64,000 nucleotides of DNA from positions 106,100 to 170,099 of the IMG/VR virus record IMGVR_UViG_3300018080_000001, one strand, 5' to 3'. The translations under genes and the position numbers were made by a program. The notes below the pieces were generated by a model that searched no databases, was not told the DNA's origin, and saw only the letters and a list, made by a program, of their open reading frames with translations. The DNA is from a virus. Below are positions 11,301-19,975 of this stretch, in pieces. Position 1 is the stretch's first letter. Each line of letters opens with the position of its first letter.

Positions 11301-11595
11301 CGTCAAAAGCTATAGATGAATCCGTAGTATTAATAAAACCATTGGGCTCCGTACTGTCTACAAATTGATCTATTATAAGAACAGGAATGCTTTTTATTTC
11401 ACTACCATTTTCATCGGTAATAGTTATATACTCATTATCCACAGCATTTTGAATAGACGAAGATGCGGCCACTTCCTCTGCGGTAAATTCCACTAATAAA
11501 TCGTAATTAACAGTAGGGTGCGTAAAAGTTCTTGCACCCAAGTCATCCAAAACAACTGGACTCTGTAATCCGGTAGTTGTCAAATATATAGGCAT
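8317..11595 (-). CDS. Long tail fibre-like structural protein
   Basis: 1092 aa, G/T/D-rich, with HxH fibre motifs, three 36-aa repeats and a C-terminal cement-like module. Confidence 0.65.
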   Translation of the reverse strand: MPIYLTTTGLQSPVVLDDLGARTFTHPTVNYDLLVEFTAEEVAASSSIQNAVDNEYITITDENGSEIKSIPVLIIDQFVDSTEPNGFINTTDSSIAFDDGTRAFTIQPTGSSFSYYTSGQKRNIDYTDTLIISDIEGSHFLYYEDYTLKEEASLSFSTYLQNAIVSIIYWDADNKKALYFAEERHGPKMDGADQFLWHTAIGTVYHFGLAPISMVVDGDGSLDAHAQLGLTRGQIIDEDIIHTLSARVSTANWPVFYRSGSGVWRRIDPQTAFPLTTTGTGRMAWNQFTGGNWQLTEGGEGKFILIHVFGTNDPNQPFIAVVGQVEYADVASARTGANTEISSLILTGLPFEEFLAIASIISETSSAYTNAVKTRFVSTGTGEDFVDWRVSRANPVEGSVQDHGNLSGLADPDHPFTATYITKGNAGVITCTDLACLFNADWCSTTVNGFAITDNGDGTVGVAAGEAMLRVGATESSELKVYAVPAAASIALTEATPGNVINYVYIDENSGNPIITNSTTPVNGFSEIFIYIIVRNGNTLYIRDFRNQAVDMQHNYYEKSVTTKGYEHVKTGTKTTETGTRNLSVTAGFFFYGSRRISHPSFDTSGADTFTYVYQNGAGGWNRVSSQTQIDNQNYDNSGVLTAVGAGNYGVHWGFLVFDTTPFLSVLYGQAVYSNLSDAQIAKLPTTLPPEFDNVSVGTLIFKIIVQYNGVSFTDIQSPFDPYLSVSTSPFGGHNTLTGIQGGALNDYYHFTNAQHTDLTDTGDTALHYHATDRARANHTGTQLKNTISDFTHNLAGVEHSADTLANLNAKVSDATLDDSSASRTPTAHGLAGALHSADTLANLNAKISDATLDDSSASRTPTAHAMGGAAHSADTLANLNAKISDATLDDSSDTRTPTVHGSSHRKGGSDAVRLDDFDDPQDNTDLNATISAHGLCPKGDNNSEHFLAGNLTWRSTNKRQLVLVPASNLDYTGDWVTATVDTNTAGVGAPLSIASDGNFDMADANVDAFMPCIALALATGTGSKPVLLSGTIRNDTWSWTPGGIIYVSTTAGQLTQTNPTTTGDYSQRVGWATASNAIYFDPASWTEIKIN
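8890..9210 (-). repeat. Three 108-bp coding repeats (HSADTLANLNAKISDATLDDSSASRTPTAH...)
   Basis: Seen in translation; atcatccaacgtggc recurs at 9031 and 9139. Confidence 0.85.
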
Positions 11596-11599
11596 TATC

Positions 11600-12253
11600 C
11601 TATCTCCTTACCACTAGTACATTAATAATCGGACGATCTATTAATGTGCCATTACAATACATTTGAATCTCATCACCCGCATCAATATTTACTGACGGCG
11701 CAACATAACCCTGATCAGCGTTCACAATTGACAAAGAAACTATAGGTGTTAAAACACCGTTTTTACGCACTTCAGCCACCCATGTTTCGTTTCCACTAGT
11801 AGACACAGTAACAAAACCTATAGTAAGCGCAACAGGTACATAATAACCAGATATATTAGTAGGCACATTCCCAGGACCTCTTAAGTACGAATTAGTTACA
11901 AGACTATCTCTACCCGCAGAAATAAGAGCACTACCATAAGCCGAACTACCCACAGCAGCTATGTACTTCAAATCCATTACACCATCACGACTTAAGAGTA
12001 TTCCGTCCAAATAAACATCGATATCGGAGCTATCTATTAAACCAAGCAAAGAATTTACAAATAAATCATCCAATTGGATATATTTCATATCCAAAGTCTC
12101 GCTACCTTTAGGTGCTACGGTAACACTGGCAAATCCAGTTTTACCTATAACGGAAATAGACTTATTATCATCCTTATTAGTAATCGTAATAAATCGGGCA
12201 TCAGGCATTTCACACCCCCTGACAAAATTATTAGAAGTGAAGATCTCCCCCAC
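11600..12253 (-). CDS. Virion protein sharing the N-terminal domain of the 24-33 kb paralogs
   Basis: ITITN...IQLD...VYLDG..LS...MDLKY matches the paralog N-termini. Confidence 0.55.
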   Translation of the reverse strand: MGEIFTSNNFVRGCEMPDARFITITNKDDNKSISVIGKTGFASVTVAPKGSETLDMKYIQLDDLFVNSLLGLIDSSDIDVYLDGILLSRDGVMDLKYIAAVGSSAYGSALISAGRDSLVTNSYLRGPGNVPTNISGYYVPVALTIGFVTVSTSGNETWVAEVRKNGVLTPIVSLSIVNADQGYVAPSVNIDAGDEIQMYCNGTLIDRPIINVLVVRR

Positions 12254-12309
12254 ATCATAACAAAATATATTATCACTATAATGTAGAGAATTCTTAAAGA
12301 CTTTAAATA

Positions 12310-12480
12310 TTATTTATTATAATTATCGGAATAAAGTTTACATTTAGAATAGTATTCACCGCACACTTCTTTATCACAAGTACTGTCGTGCTCACCAAAA
12401 CAGGAAGGCTTACTCGATACTTTTTTATCCGACAACTTAGTAAAAACTATTTTCTCTATCTTTTTCCTACGCTTAGCCAT
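12310..12480 (-). CDS. Small Cys-rich hypothetical protein
   Basis: Read manually: MAKRRKKIEK...PSCFGEHDSTCDKEVCGEYYSKC, 56 aa, abuts the terminase stop. Confidence 0.5.
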   Translation of the reverse strand: MAKRRKKIEKIVFTKLSDKKVSSKPSCFGEHDSTCDKEVCGEYYSKCKLYSDNYNK

Positions 12481-14664
12481 TTACCAAGGTCTCTTACCGG
12501 GCAATAACCTACCTGTATAAGATCCAGCCTGAGAAACTTGTCGCTTTCTCATCTCGCGCAGCTTCATAGTATCCGACGTTCTATCTACTACAGAATCTTG
12601 TACCAGTTTATTAGCGCCCACTACACAATGTGCAGTGTCATCGGAATCAATACCGCGCTTCTTACCTTTATTTGGGTTAAAAACTTTCTTCAAGTCCGGA
12701 GATCTGTTCAAACGCATAAGCTCCACAACCGCCACACCCGCTCCACTCATTTCAACTTGTGTCTTCCCAAACATTAAATTTCCATGTGCATCTATATCAA
12801 GATTGTCTTTTTCATCGGGTGGCAGCATCACAACACGACCGTTATAAGCTAAACGTACAAAAGACACAAAATCCTCGACCTTCAAACTCTCTTTATGAGA
12901 CATAATACCTAAATCTCTTATCTGTTGTATGGAACTATCAGAACTCCAACGATCAAAACAGACTGAAGCAATATTAATACGATCTTTTAAATTTTGGATA
13001 ATATCTATAATACATTGAAACCAAATATCGCGCTCAACAGTGGGTACAATGCGCATAGCGAAATCCACCACCGTCGTTAACATCTCTCCAGGGTGTATTC
13101 TTGAGACAATAGGCTTAACCGGCTGATTTACAAAACGCTTCCCCATTCCTCTAGCTGAAGGACTATCGGGATGAACACCGTACCTATCCTGTATATGCAT
13201 CATGCCGCCTGATGGCTCTATACGCCCTCTGGCTGGCTCCGCAATCGCCGCATTGCCCTCTTCATATATCTCAGCATCAACCCACTCAGGATGAGCACAG
13301 ACAAGCGCAAAACTATCCCAAGAGACACCCGCATCACCAAACAAATAATGAGGGGTCTTAGGCACTAAATCGCAAAATTCTAAGGCAGAAGCCACATACA
13401 ACTTTTCCGTTTTATCACTACGGTATTCTTCAACAAACGTAGCAATCGGCCTACGATTAAAATCAATTGAAGACCAAAATCTTAAGGGATCATCAATCAA
13501 CGGTGTTTCTGCATTTGGAGGATTAGCCCCAAAATCTCTCTCCGCACCTATTGGATCTTCCGCGTATTTATCATCAAAAGCAGACCTTGGCTGCTCTGGA
13601 TTAAACTCCCATGTAGGGCAGTGCACCCAATAAGTTTTCTTCAACTCCCTGGCCTGTGCTCTTTTGCAATGAAGCATCGCAGGATCTTCTTGAGATAGGG
13701 GGGAAGTAACATTAAACATCATACCAAAAGGTAACGTTGTAATATCATGAACCAGATTATAGTTTCTTACCGTCATCAAAGAGTTGTCCAAAACTCGATA
13801 TAACTCTTTAGCAGATCGTGCGCTTTCCGTATCCTGTAAACGAGACCACTCATCAATAGAAGAAAATATCCTAGTTTTACCCGCTACACCACTACTATCG
13901 GAAGCAATCCTATTGTAACGAACTTGTAAATAACCATCACTTATAATATGATCTAACTGACGGTACTTCCAAGGATCTACGCTGCCTGTCTGCTTTCTTT
14001 CCTTTTTCTTAACCCAATTTATATACTTTTTTATCCAAGGGCTGTTCTTGCGCATCTCTCTATATTTTGCGTATATAGTATCTTGCGCCTGAGTTGCAGT
14101 AGATGCGGCAAAAGTCACTTCAAACCATTCTGATCTCTCCTGACCTAGAAATGTTTGGAGAGCTCCTTTGTTTCTTATACCCTGGGTTATAGCTAAATGC
14201 TCTATATAACCCCCAACATGACCGCCTGAATACGATTTTCCCGCACGCATTCCTATAATCCAAATACCGTCATTTACATAACGAATAACCCCGTCTTTAA
14301 GAAATTCCCGCATCGTATTGCCGCACTTAGGACAAACAAAATCTTTATAATCGGTATTCCAAACTAATAATGTCTCGGACTCTAATTCTAATCTAGATTT
14401 ACCCCAACAACTTATATCTTCAGGATCTTGAGAATTACATAACTTGCATCTCAAATTAAACATATCTCGAAGATGCTGGTATTGCCCCCAAAACTTATAA
14501 GTAGACGGAACATTCCAGTACTCCGTACGAGTAATCCATTCAATTATGTTTGGAGCCGGTTGACTAAGATATTCTAAATCTTTATCGACAGAAGCTGACC
14601 CAGAAGAAACGCAGCTATCTATTTTATCGTCTAAATCAGATAAAAAATCATCCAAGTCTTTCAT
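12481..14664 (-). CDS. terL: Terminase large subunit
   Basis: Walker A GMRAGKS, Walker B FSSIDE, coupling motif VTSP, nuclease acidic motifs LFGDAG..DSFAL, CFDRW, DSDD. Confidence 0.85.
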   Translation of the reverse strand: MKDLDDFLSDLDDKIDSCVSSGSASVDKDLEYLSQPAPNIIEWITRTEYWNVPSTYKFWGQYQHLRDMFNLRCKLCNSQDPEDISCWGKSRLELESETLLVWNTDYKDFVCPKCGNTMREFLKDGVIRYVNDGIWIIGMRAGKSYSGGHVGGYIEHLAITQGIRNKGALQTFLGQERSEWFEVTFAASTATQAQDTIYAKYREMRKNSPWIKKYINWVKKKERKQTGSVDPWKYRQLDHIISDGYLQVRYNRIASDSSGVAGKTRIFSSIDEWSRLQDTESARSAKELYRVLDNSLMTVRNYNLVHDITTLPFGMMFNVTSPLSQEDPAMLHCKRAQARELKKTYWVHCPTWEFNPEQPRSAFDDKYAEDPIGAERDFGANPPNAETPLIDDPLRFWSSIDFNRRPIATFVEEYRSDKTEKLYVASALEFCDLVPKTPHYLFGDAGVSWDSFALVCAHPEWVDAEIYEEGNAAIAEPARGRIEPSGGMMHIQDRYGVHPDSPSARGMGKRFVNQPVKPIVSRIHPGEMLTTVVDFAMRIVPTVERDIWFQCIIDIIQNLKDRINIASVCFDRWSSDSSIQQIRDLGIMSHKESLKVEDFVSFVRLAYNGRVVMLPPDEKDNLDIDAHGNLMFGKTQVEMSGAGVAVVELMRLNRSPDLKKVFNPNKGKKRGIDSDDTAHCVVGANKLVQDSVVDRTSDTMKLREMRKRQVSQAGSYTGRLLPGKRPW

Positions 14665-14915
14665 TAACTTTTCTTTAAAGACCTAGAACTAGTACTTAAA
14701 CCACAATCATATAGACATTTCAAGAATTCTTTGAAAGTCATATTAATATTATAGGATCTACCACATTTTAAATGAACTACACAAAAAGGTTCTCCCGAAA
14801 TAGATAGCTTGGTATGGTCTTCAACAGACGATATATCCTCCGGTTCTATTAGAACTTGTTCATACGTGTCTACAGAACCAGAATGTAAATAAAGCAATGA
14901 AATTTTACTTTTCAT
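14664..14915 (-). CDS. Hypothetical protein
   Basis: 83 aa ORF in operon. Confidence 0.55.
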   Translation of the reverse strand: MKSKISLLYLHSGSVDTYEQVLIEPEDISSVEDHTKLSISGEPFCVVHLKCGRSYNINMTFKEFLKCLYDCGLSTSSRSLKKS

Positions 14916-14916
14916 A

Positions 14917-15201
14917 TTATAACAATCTTTCCAAATAAAAATTATTTACTAAAATTTTATTTATTGTATTTGTTATCTTAAGATCAGGAATATTTTCCGG
15001 AATTTTATATTTATCTCCATCAATATATAGTACTAAACCTTTAGGGCGAAGATTAAAAACTTTCGGAATTTCTACTACTGCAACTTTTATATTCTCACCT
15101 TCAACATAATCAGAATCAACCATTACAACACGAGCAATAGGTTTTCCAATCTCATCACGAGCCATATGATCTTTAGAAAAATATTTTGGTTTATCTACCA
15201 C
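14917..15201 (-). CDS. Hypothetical protein
   Basis: 94 aa ORF in operon. Confidence 0.55.
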   Translation of the reverse strand: MVDKPKYFSKDHMARDEIGKPIARVVMVDSDYVEGENIKVAVVEIPKVFNLRPKGLVLYIDGDKYKIPENIPDLKITNTINKILVNNFYLERLL

Positions 15202-15395
15202 TAAATCCAGCCCTTCTTTTCAGCAAACCAACTGGATGCTATTAAATCACCTTCAGTTCCTTCCTTATATACTTCAGAATCATCATCAATTTGGGATAAA
15301 GGAATCCATAGAGCCTCATCAAATTCATCGCACTCAACTAAAATGGCTTTATCTGTTTCTCTGACACAGACACATTTTTCTATTGTGTGTTTCAT
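15201..15395 (-). CDS. Small phage protein (ETDKAILV...WIPLSQI type)
   Basis: Motif common in phage small beta proteins. Confidence 0.65.
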   Translation of the reverse strand: MKHTIEKCVCVRETDKAILVECDEFDEALWIPLSQIDDDSEVYKEGTEGDLIASSWFAEKKGWI

Positions 15396-15661
15396 CTTTC
15401 TTTATTCTCGCCTATAACAACAGGACCCACAGGTTCAAATAAAATTGACGTTTCTCCAATATAAGCACATTTAAAAGTATAATCATTTATGACATACTTT
15501 TCACCCACGGTAAAAATACTCCAATGTTTCGGTACAGGAGATCCATCAGGTCTTAATAAAACATTTTTAACAAAGGTATCGGGATTATATTCATTTATTT
15601 TATCAGCAATTTTCTTCGTGTCTGAAGATAGTACTTCAAATTTATTTGTTTCGGGATTCAT
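15392..15661 (-). CDS. Hypothetical protein
   Basis: 89 aa, overlapping stop/start. Confidence 0.6.
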   Translation of the reverse strand: MNPETNKFEVLSSDTKKIADKINEYNPDTFVKNVLLRPDGSPVPKHWSIFTVGEKYVINDYTFKCAYIGETSILFEPVGPVVIGENKER

Positions 15662-15673
15662 TTTTTATCCTAT

Positions 15674-15904
15674 CTAGTTGCCTCGCGTGCGTTTATATAA
15701 TCCTCGCGGAAACGGAATCTGTTCACAACAAGTCTTAGGTCTTAAATCTCTAGAACGAAAATTACCAGTTTTTTCGTTTTCGTTTTTAGATAATTCAAAT
15801 TCAAAACCCTTTTCATAACACGGAGCATTAAAACACTTGTAATTACCTTTTTTATTAATAGTTTCCTCTGCTGTCATTTTTCCACACAATGGACATTTCT
15901 TCAT
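15674..15904 (-). CDS. Zinc-ribbon protein
   Basis: CPLC...CFNAPC. Confidence 0.6.
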   Translation of the reverse strand: MKKCPLCGKMTAEETINKKGNYKCFNAPCYEKGFEFELSKNENEKTGNFRSRDLRPKTCCEQIPFPRGLYKRTRGN

Positions 15905-15905
15905 T

Positions 15906-16700
15906 TTATTTTATCCCAAAATCCTTTATTATACTATTTATAATATCGCGCACAGCAGATTTCATATTGGTCTTAACCTTCGACCTTATTAAAGAAATTA
16001 CCTCGTCTGGAACAGATGAATTAGCCGGTAATATCTGCCTAAGCATTGTGTTTGCCTCTTCAGTGGCATCAATTAAACTATTTAAAAAAGACATTGTTGT
16101 ATGCTCAACCGCGCTTTTAATTGCGGATTCAGTTATTTTACTACTATTTTTTAATTTTAATAAATCTTGTCTAGTAGATATAGCGGATTGAGCTAAATCA
16201 AATGCCAATTTCATTTCTTGTATGCTCGGTTTTTTATTAGGATTTTTTTCCAACTCCTTTTTGGTTCGATCATTATATTCCATAAGACGCTGCTCTAAAT
16301 CACGAATCATGTCTCGAAGTTGATTAAATTTATCTAACTCTGTTATATAACCATCTGTTACAACGGCATCTGCCATAGCCTGCGTTGTTTCATCAAACGC
16401 GGCAGAACCACGCTCAACAGAAGTTGTTATACTGCGAGAAACCTCTAGCATCATTAAGTCCACTGTAGGAATATGTTGTTTAAAATGATTAGATAAATTT
16501 TGATGATTAAATTTCGGAAGCTGTTTTTCTCTAATAACTCCATTATTATAAACTTCTATCGAGTTATTTAACCAAGCCAAAACTTTAGTTTGAGACATTT
16601 TATCTTTTAATACTTTATTATGTACTTGTACCCAAAGATCTTTGTCTCGCTTAATTAATTTGCATAACTTGCATTTGTAATGTAACTTTGCTTTAGTCAT
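15906..16700 (-). CDS. DNA-binding coiled-coil protein, candidate terminase small subunit
   Basis: N-terminal CxxC...HxxxH plus helical C-terminus; 1.2 kb upstream of terL on the same strand. Confidence 0.4.
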   Translation of the reverse strand: MTKAKLHYKCKLCKLIKRDKDLWVQVHNKVLKDKMSQTKVLAWLNNSIEVYNNGVIREKQLPKFNHQNLSNHFKQHIPTVDLMMLEVSRSITTSVERGSAAFDETTQAMADAVVTDGYITELDKFNQLRDMIRDLEQRLMEYNDRTKKELEKNPNKKPSIQEMKLAFDLAQSAISTRQDLLKLKNSSKITESAIKSAVEHTTMSFLNSLIDATEEANTMLRQILPANSSVPDEVISLIRSKVKTNMKSAVRDIINSIIKDFGIK

Positions 16701-16748
16701 TATTCAGCACAACAAAAAGATATAATATTGTAATTCTCCAAAATCACG

Positions 16749-17156
16749 CTACCCTCCGGCTACTGTATCATACCCATAAATCTCACAACTCGTAGGATCT
16801 TCTTCCCCGCAATCGGGTAAATTCTTAACACGATTTAATTGCTCTTCGGAAATTTCCTCGCGGTGCATCGCCAAATAATGTATGCACAAAAAATTTGTTA
16901 TTTCCCCACCGGGAAGTAGATAATCAACATTTGAACTAGCCGCGCCACAAGAACAAGTATGAAAGCCTCTTGTAGAAAGCCCAGCAATAAATTTACCTGT
17001 ATTTACTCCAACACGGCCTATGCCACTATCCGCGCAACCTTCGCACACAGCAGATCTAAAACAAGCAGTCATTTTTTTAGTAAGATTATCTATCACGGGC
17101 TTCTTACCCGGTTTATTTTTAGGCTCAATAAAAAGTAAAAATCTGTTATCGATCAT
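16749..17156 (-). CDS. Cys/His-rich hypothetical protein
   Basis: RGFHTCSCG...CIHYL. Confidence 0.6.
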   Translation of the reverse strand: MIDNRFLLFIEPKNKPGKKPVIDNLTKKMTACFRSAVCEGCADSGIGRVGVNTGKFIAGLSTRGFHTCSCGAASSNVDYLLPGGEITNFLCIHYLAMHREEISEEQLNRVKNLPDCGEEDPTSCEIYGYDTVAGG

Positions 17157-17160
17157 CCCA

Positions 17161-17571
17161 TCACCCTATATTATATTTGAATCGTTGCCCGTCACTCTCA
17201 GGACTACCACAAAAATAAGTGTACCAGAAAAAACCTGCGTCAATTAGACCCACTAGCGGAAATATAATAAAAAATATTTTCCACTCAGTTGGAACTAAGT
17301 AAACTACAAGTGACATAAGAAAGAACCAAAATAAACCAGCAAAAAATGGTGCTATGTGTCTTGGCTTTGGGGAAGCAAACTCAGAAGCCTCTCCAGAAAT
17401 GTAACGAGAAAAATAAAATCTAGAACGATACCGGTGCGGGTAGGGGTAAACACCCAAAGGTTTTCTTCCCTCAACGATCCAACCAACCAAAAGGTGGCTT
17501 AACTCATGCATAAGATTTTGCATAAACCAGGCTACGGGGATAGTCAAGAAAACATACCAAGAAAATTCCAT
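17161..17571 (-). CDS. Membrane HExxH metalloprotease-like protein (M50/DUF3267-like)
   Basis: TM segments, HELSH, IAP, C-terminal SDG; start taken at MEFSW with GGAG RBS. Confidence 0.55.
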   Translation of the reverse strand: MEFSWYVFLTIPVAWFMQNLMHELSHLLVGWIVEGRKPLGVYPYPHRYRSRFYFSRYISGEASEFASPKPRHIAPFFAGLFWFFLMSLVVYLVPTEWKIFFIIFPLVGLIDAGFFWYTYFCGSPESDGQRFKYNIG

Positions 17572-17639
17572 TTCGCAGCTCCTCACAAAATAAGATACTT
17601 TTACAAAAAATAAGATTTTGATAATCGATAGCAATAAGC

Positions 17640-17985
17640 GGATTAAAAATTTATTTTCAAATTTTTAAATATAAAAACTATATTTTTAGTTATAAACTAT
17701 AATAGACCCTTCCCCTCTTTCCTTCCTTCTCCCCCATACCCCCTCTTCTATCCTATTACCCTAACCCTTTAGAACTTAGAAATACATGTTTGTATTTCTA
17801 AGTTCATATTGTTATTAGACTACTTGTCACCTATGGTGACATGTACTCCAAGTTCTATGTTCAATCTCTGCTACTATATTTATATTATAACTATGTTCAA
17901 ATGGACGTATAGCTATAATATAAATATAGATAGCAAGATTTTCCCTACGGTAAAATCTACTATTCAGCGCACGCGCGCGTGATCT
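17640..17985. other. Non-coding island with AT-rich tract, polypyrimidine tract and four inverted repeats (candidate origin/packaging site)
   Basis: Perfect 15-bp IR 17772-17805; further IRs at about 17821-17845, 17869-17936 and 17937-17959. Confidence 0.5.
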
Positions 17986-18280
17986 AATCTAAAAGAGAAT
18001 TTCCAGATAGAAAAATACTTCTGAGATTTCCTAATTCAAAAATTATAGCTTCAAGTTTATTGTATGCTTGGTTTCTACATTTACCAGCTAAAATTATTTC
18101 CATAGTTTCATAAGATAATCTTTCTAGCTTATCTATAGACTTAAGCTCTACACTTTCCTGGATTTCTTCTAAATGTTTTTTTAACTTTACATCGTGTTTT
18201 ATACTTATTAATGGTGTTTTTTCTACATTTTCCATGTTATTATTTTCTATTAATTCTATTTTTTTATCTACGTTTTTCAT
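17984..18280 (-). CDS. Hypothetical protein
   Basis: ORF track; start probably MKNVDKK. Confidence 0.5.
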   Translation of the reverse strand: MKNVDKKIELIENNNMENVEKTPLISIKHDVKLKKHLEEIQESVELKSIDKLERLSYETMEIILAGKCRNQAYNKLEAIIFELGNLRSIFLSGNSLLD

Positions 18281-18285
18281 AGAAT

Positions 18286-18489
18286 CTAATCCTCTTGATC
18301 TACTATTTTTTCCAGTAATTTTATTAAATCTTCGCACGCTTCTTTCTTGAAATGAACAACTACAATGCCTCCATTTACATTATTTTTTGTACAATAATTA
18401 TACTGAATTTTTAATTTTTCTAAAATTAAAAACAAGTCTAAATTATCTACTTTTGATAAACCTAATTTTATAGGTTTTATATTACTCAT
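18286..18489 (-). CDS. Hypothetical protein
   Basis: 67 aa, overlapping stop/start. Confidence 0.5.
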   Translation of the reverse strand: MSNIKPIKLGLSKVDNLDLFLILEKLKIQYNYCTKNNVNGGIVVVHFKKEACEDLIKLLEKIVDQED

Positions 18490-18674
18490 GGCGCTTCTTC
18501 CGTCATAAATTGCATGGAACTCTTGGTTAAAACCAGATCAGAAATTTTTAGTCTTTCATCAGGATTCAAGCACGTAGCACACGTAAGTTTTTTTCTAAAC
18601 TTTATAACTATATCAACTTTTCCGCAATGCTTACACACACCCTTTTTACCCAGACTTCTACTGTTATTTGTCAT
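18486..18674 (-). CDS. Small zinc-finger protein
   Basis: CKHC...CATC; translationally coupled to the kinase gene. Confidence 0.55.
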   Translation of the reverse strand: MTNNSRSLGKKGVCKHCGKVDIVIKFRKKLTCATCLNPDERLKISDLVLTKSSMQFMTEEAP

Positions 18675-19975
18675 TATTCATTACCCGCTGTTTTCAGTAT
18701 TGGTAGAGTTATATAAAAAGTAGTTCCTTTATCATCTGTTTTATATAATTCTAATTTTCCGCCCAATGCTTTTATTTTATTTTTAGCTAAAAATAAACCA
18801 AGCCCACTACTTCCTTGCTTTTCTTCATCTGTATTAAATTTTGTAAAAAGTTTATTCTTTATTTCCTCCTTTATACCCGGTCCATCATCTTCAATAGCAA
18901 TTGTTATAGATCCTCCACCATTTACTACCATTAATATTATTTCAACTTTTGAAGATCCGGCCTCAAAAGCATTATTAATTAAATTATCTATCGATATTCT
19001 TAAATTTTCCATTTTACCTTTTATATAAACATTAGGTAATTGTTTTATTATAATATTCTTATTTATATCGTTAGAATACAACTCGTCTATAAGATCTTTA
19101 ATACAAAATTTATCATCACCATCTTTTATATTACATAAATAATCTTCCGCTATTTTAGATATTTTATCTACATCTATTATAGTATCATTCAGCGCATCAG
19201 ATGCATCTATACTGTTGATTTCACTACTTTCTTTTATAAATTGAAGATTAAAATTAACCGGTAATATTAAATTTTTTATTTCATGCAGTAAAGTACCTAC
19301 TGCAATAACACTGGAATCAACTTTATCCTCTTTTAATAATATATCTACTTGATCAAGAGCATCTTCCGTCTTTTCTTGTTTAACTTCTAGTGTTCTATAT
19401 GAACGAGTTAATCTTGCTTGATGTAAATAAAAAACAAAATTAAATACAAATAAGAAAAACTGAATTACAGTAATATCTAGTATTAAAGAAAATATAAAAG
19501 GTATTAATATAATTTTAATAACACTTATAATAGAAATACCTATAAATCTAGCCCATTGATTACACATTATTATATAAAGAACCATCAAACTACACGAAAC
19601 TGTCGGTACAGACGACAGTGATGCCATTATAGTAACCGACGAAGCATAAAGAGGTATATCTATTAATTGCGATATTACTGCTACGTGCTTATTTTTATGT
19701 TTCCAATAATAATGATAACCTGTAGAAGAGATTAAACCCGCGATACTAGAGAATATAAGAGGAAACCAACAAATAAAATAATAATAATTTTCATATAAAT
19801 TTATACCAATATTGGTAAAAGAAAATAAAAACACAACGGGTATAACATAAGCCGGACCACATTGAAGCATAGAACCTTCTAAATTAATTGAATTATAATA
19901 TGAGAACCAGAGCTTTTTTATCCCTTGAACAAACTTACTAAATTTTGACAATATTCTATTGCTATTGAACCGCAT
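18674..19975 (-). CDS. Multi-TM sensor histidine kinase (ComP-analogous)
   Basis: About 6 TM helices; H box LLHEIKN, N box NLINNAFEA, G1 DDGPGI, G2 GSSGLGL; true start may be Met at 19870. Confidence 0.9.
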   Translation of the reverse strand: MRFNSNRILSKFSKFVQGIKKLWFSYYNSINLEGSMLQCGPAYVIPVVFLFSFTNIGINLYENYYYFICWFPLIFSSIAGLISSTGYHYYWKHKNKHVAVISQLIDIPLYASSVTIMASLSSVPTVSCSLMVLYIIMCNQWARFIGISIISVIKIILIPFIFSLILDITVIQFFLFVFNFVFYLHQARLTRSYRTLEVKQEKTEDALDQVDILLKEDKVDSSVIAVGTLLHEIKNLILPVNFNLQFIKESSEINSIDASDALNDTIIDVDKISKIAEDYLCNIKDGDDKFCIKDLIDELYSNDINKNIIIKQLPNVYIKGKMENLRISIDNLINNAFEAGSSKVEIILMVVNGGGSITIAIEDDGPGIKEEIKNKLFTKFNTDEEKQGSSGLGLFLAKNKIKALGGKLELYKTDDKGTTFYITLPILKTAGNE

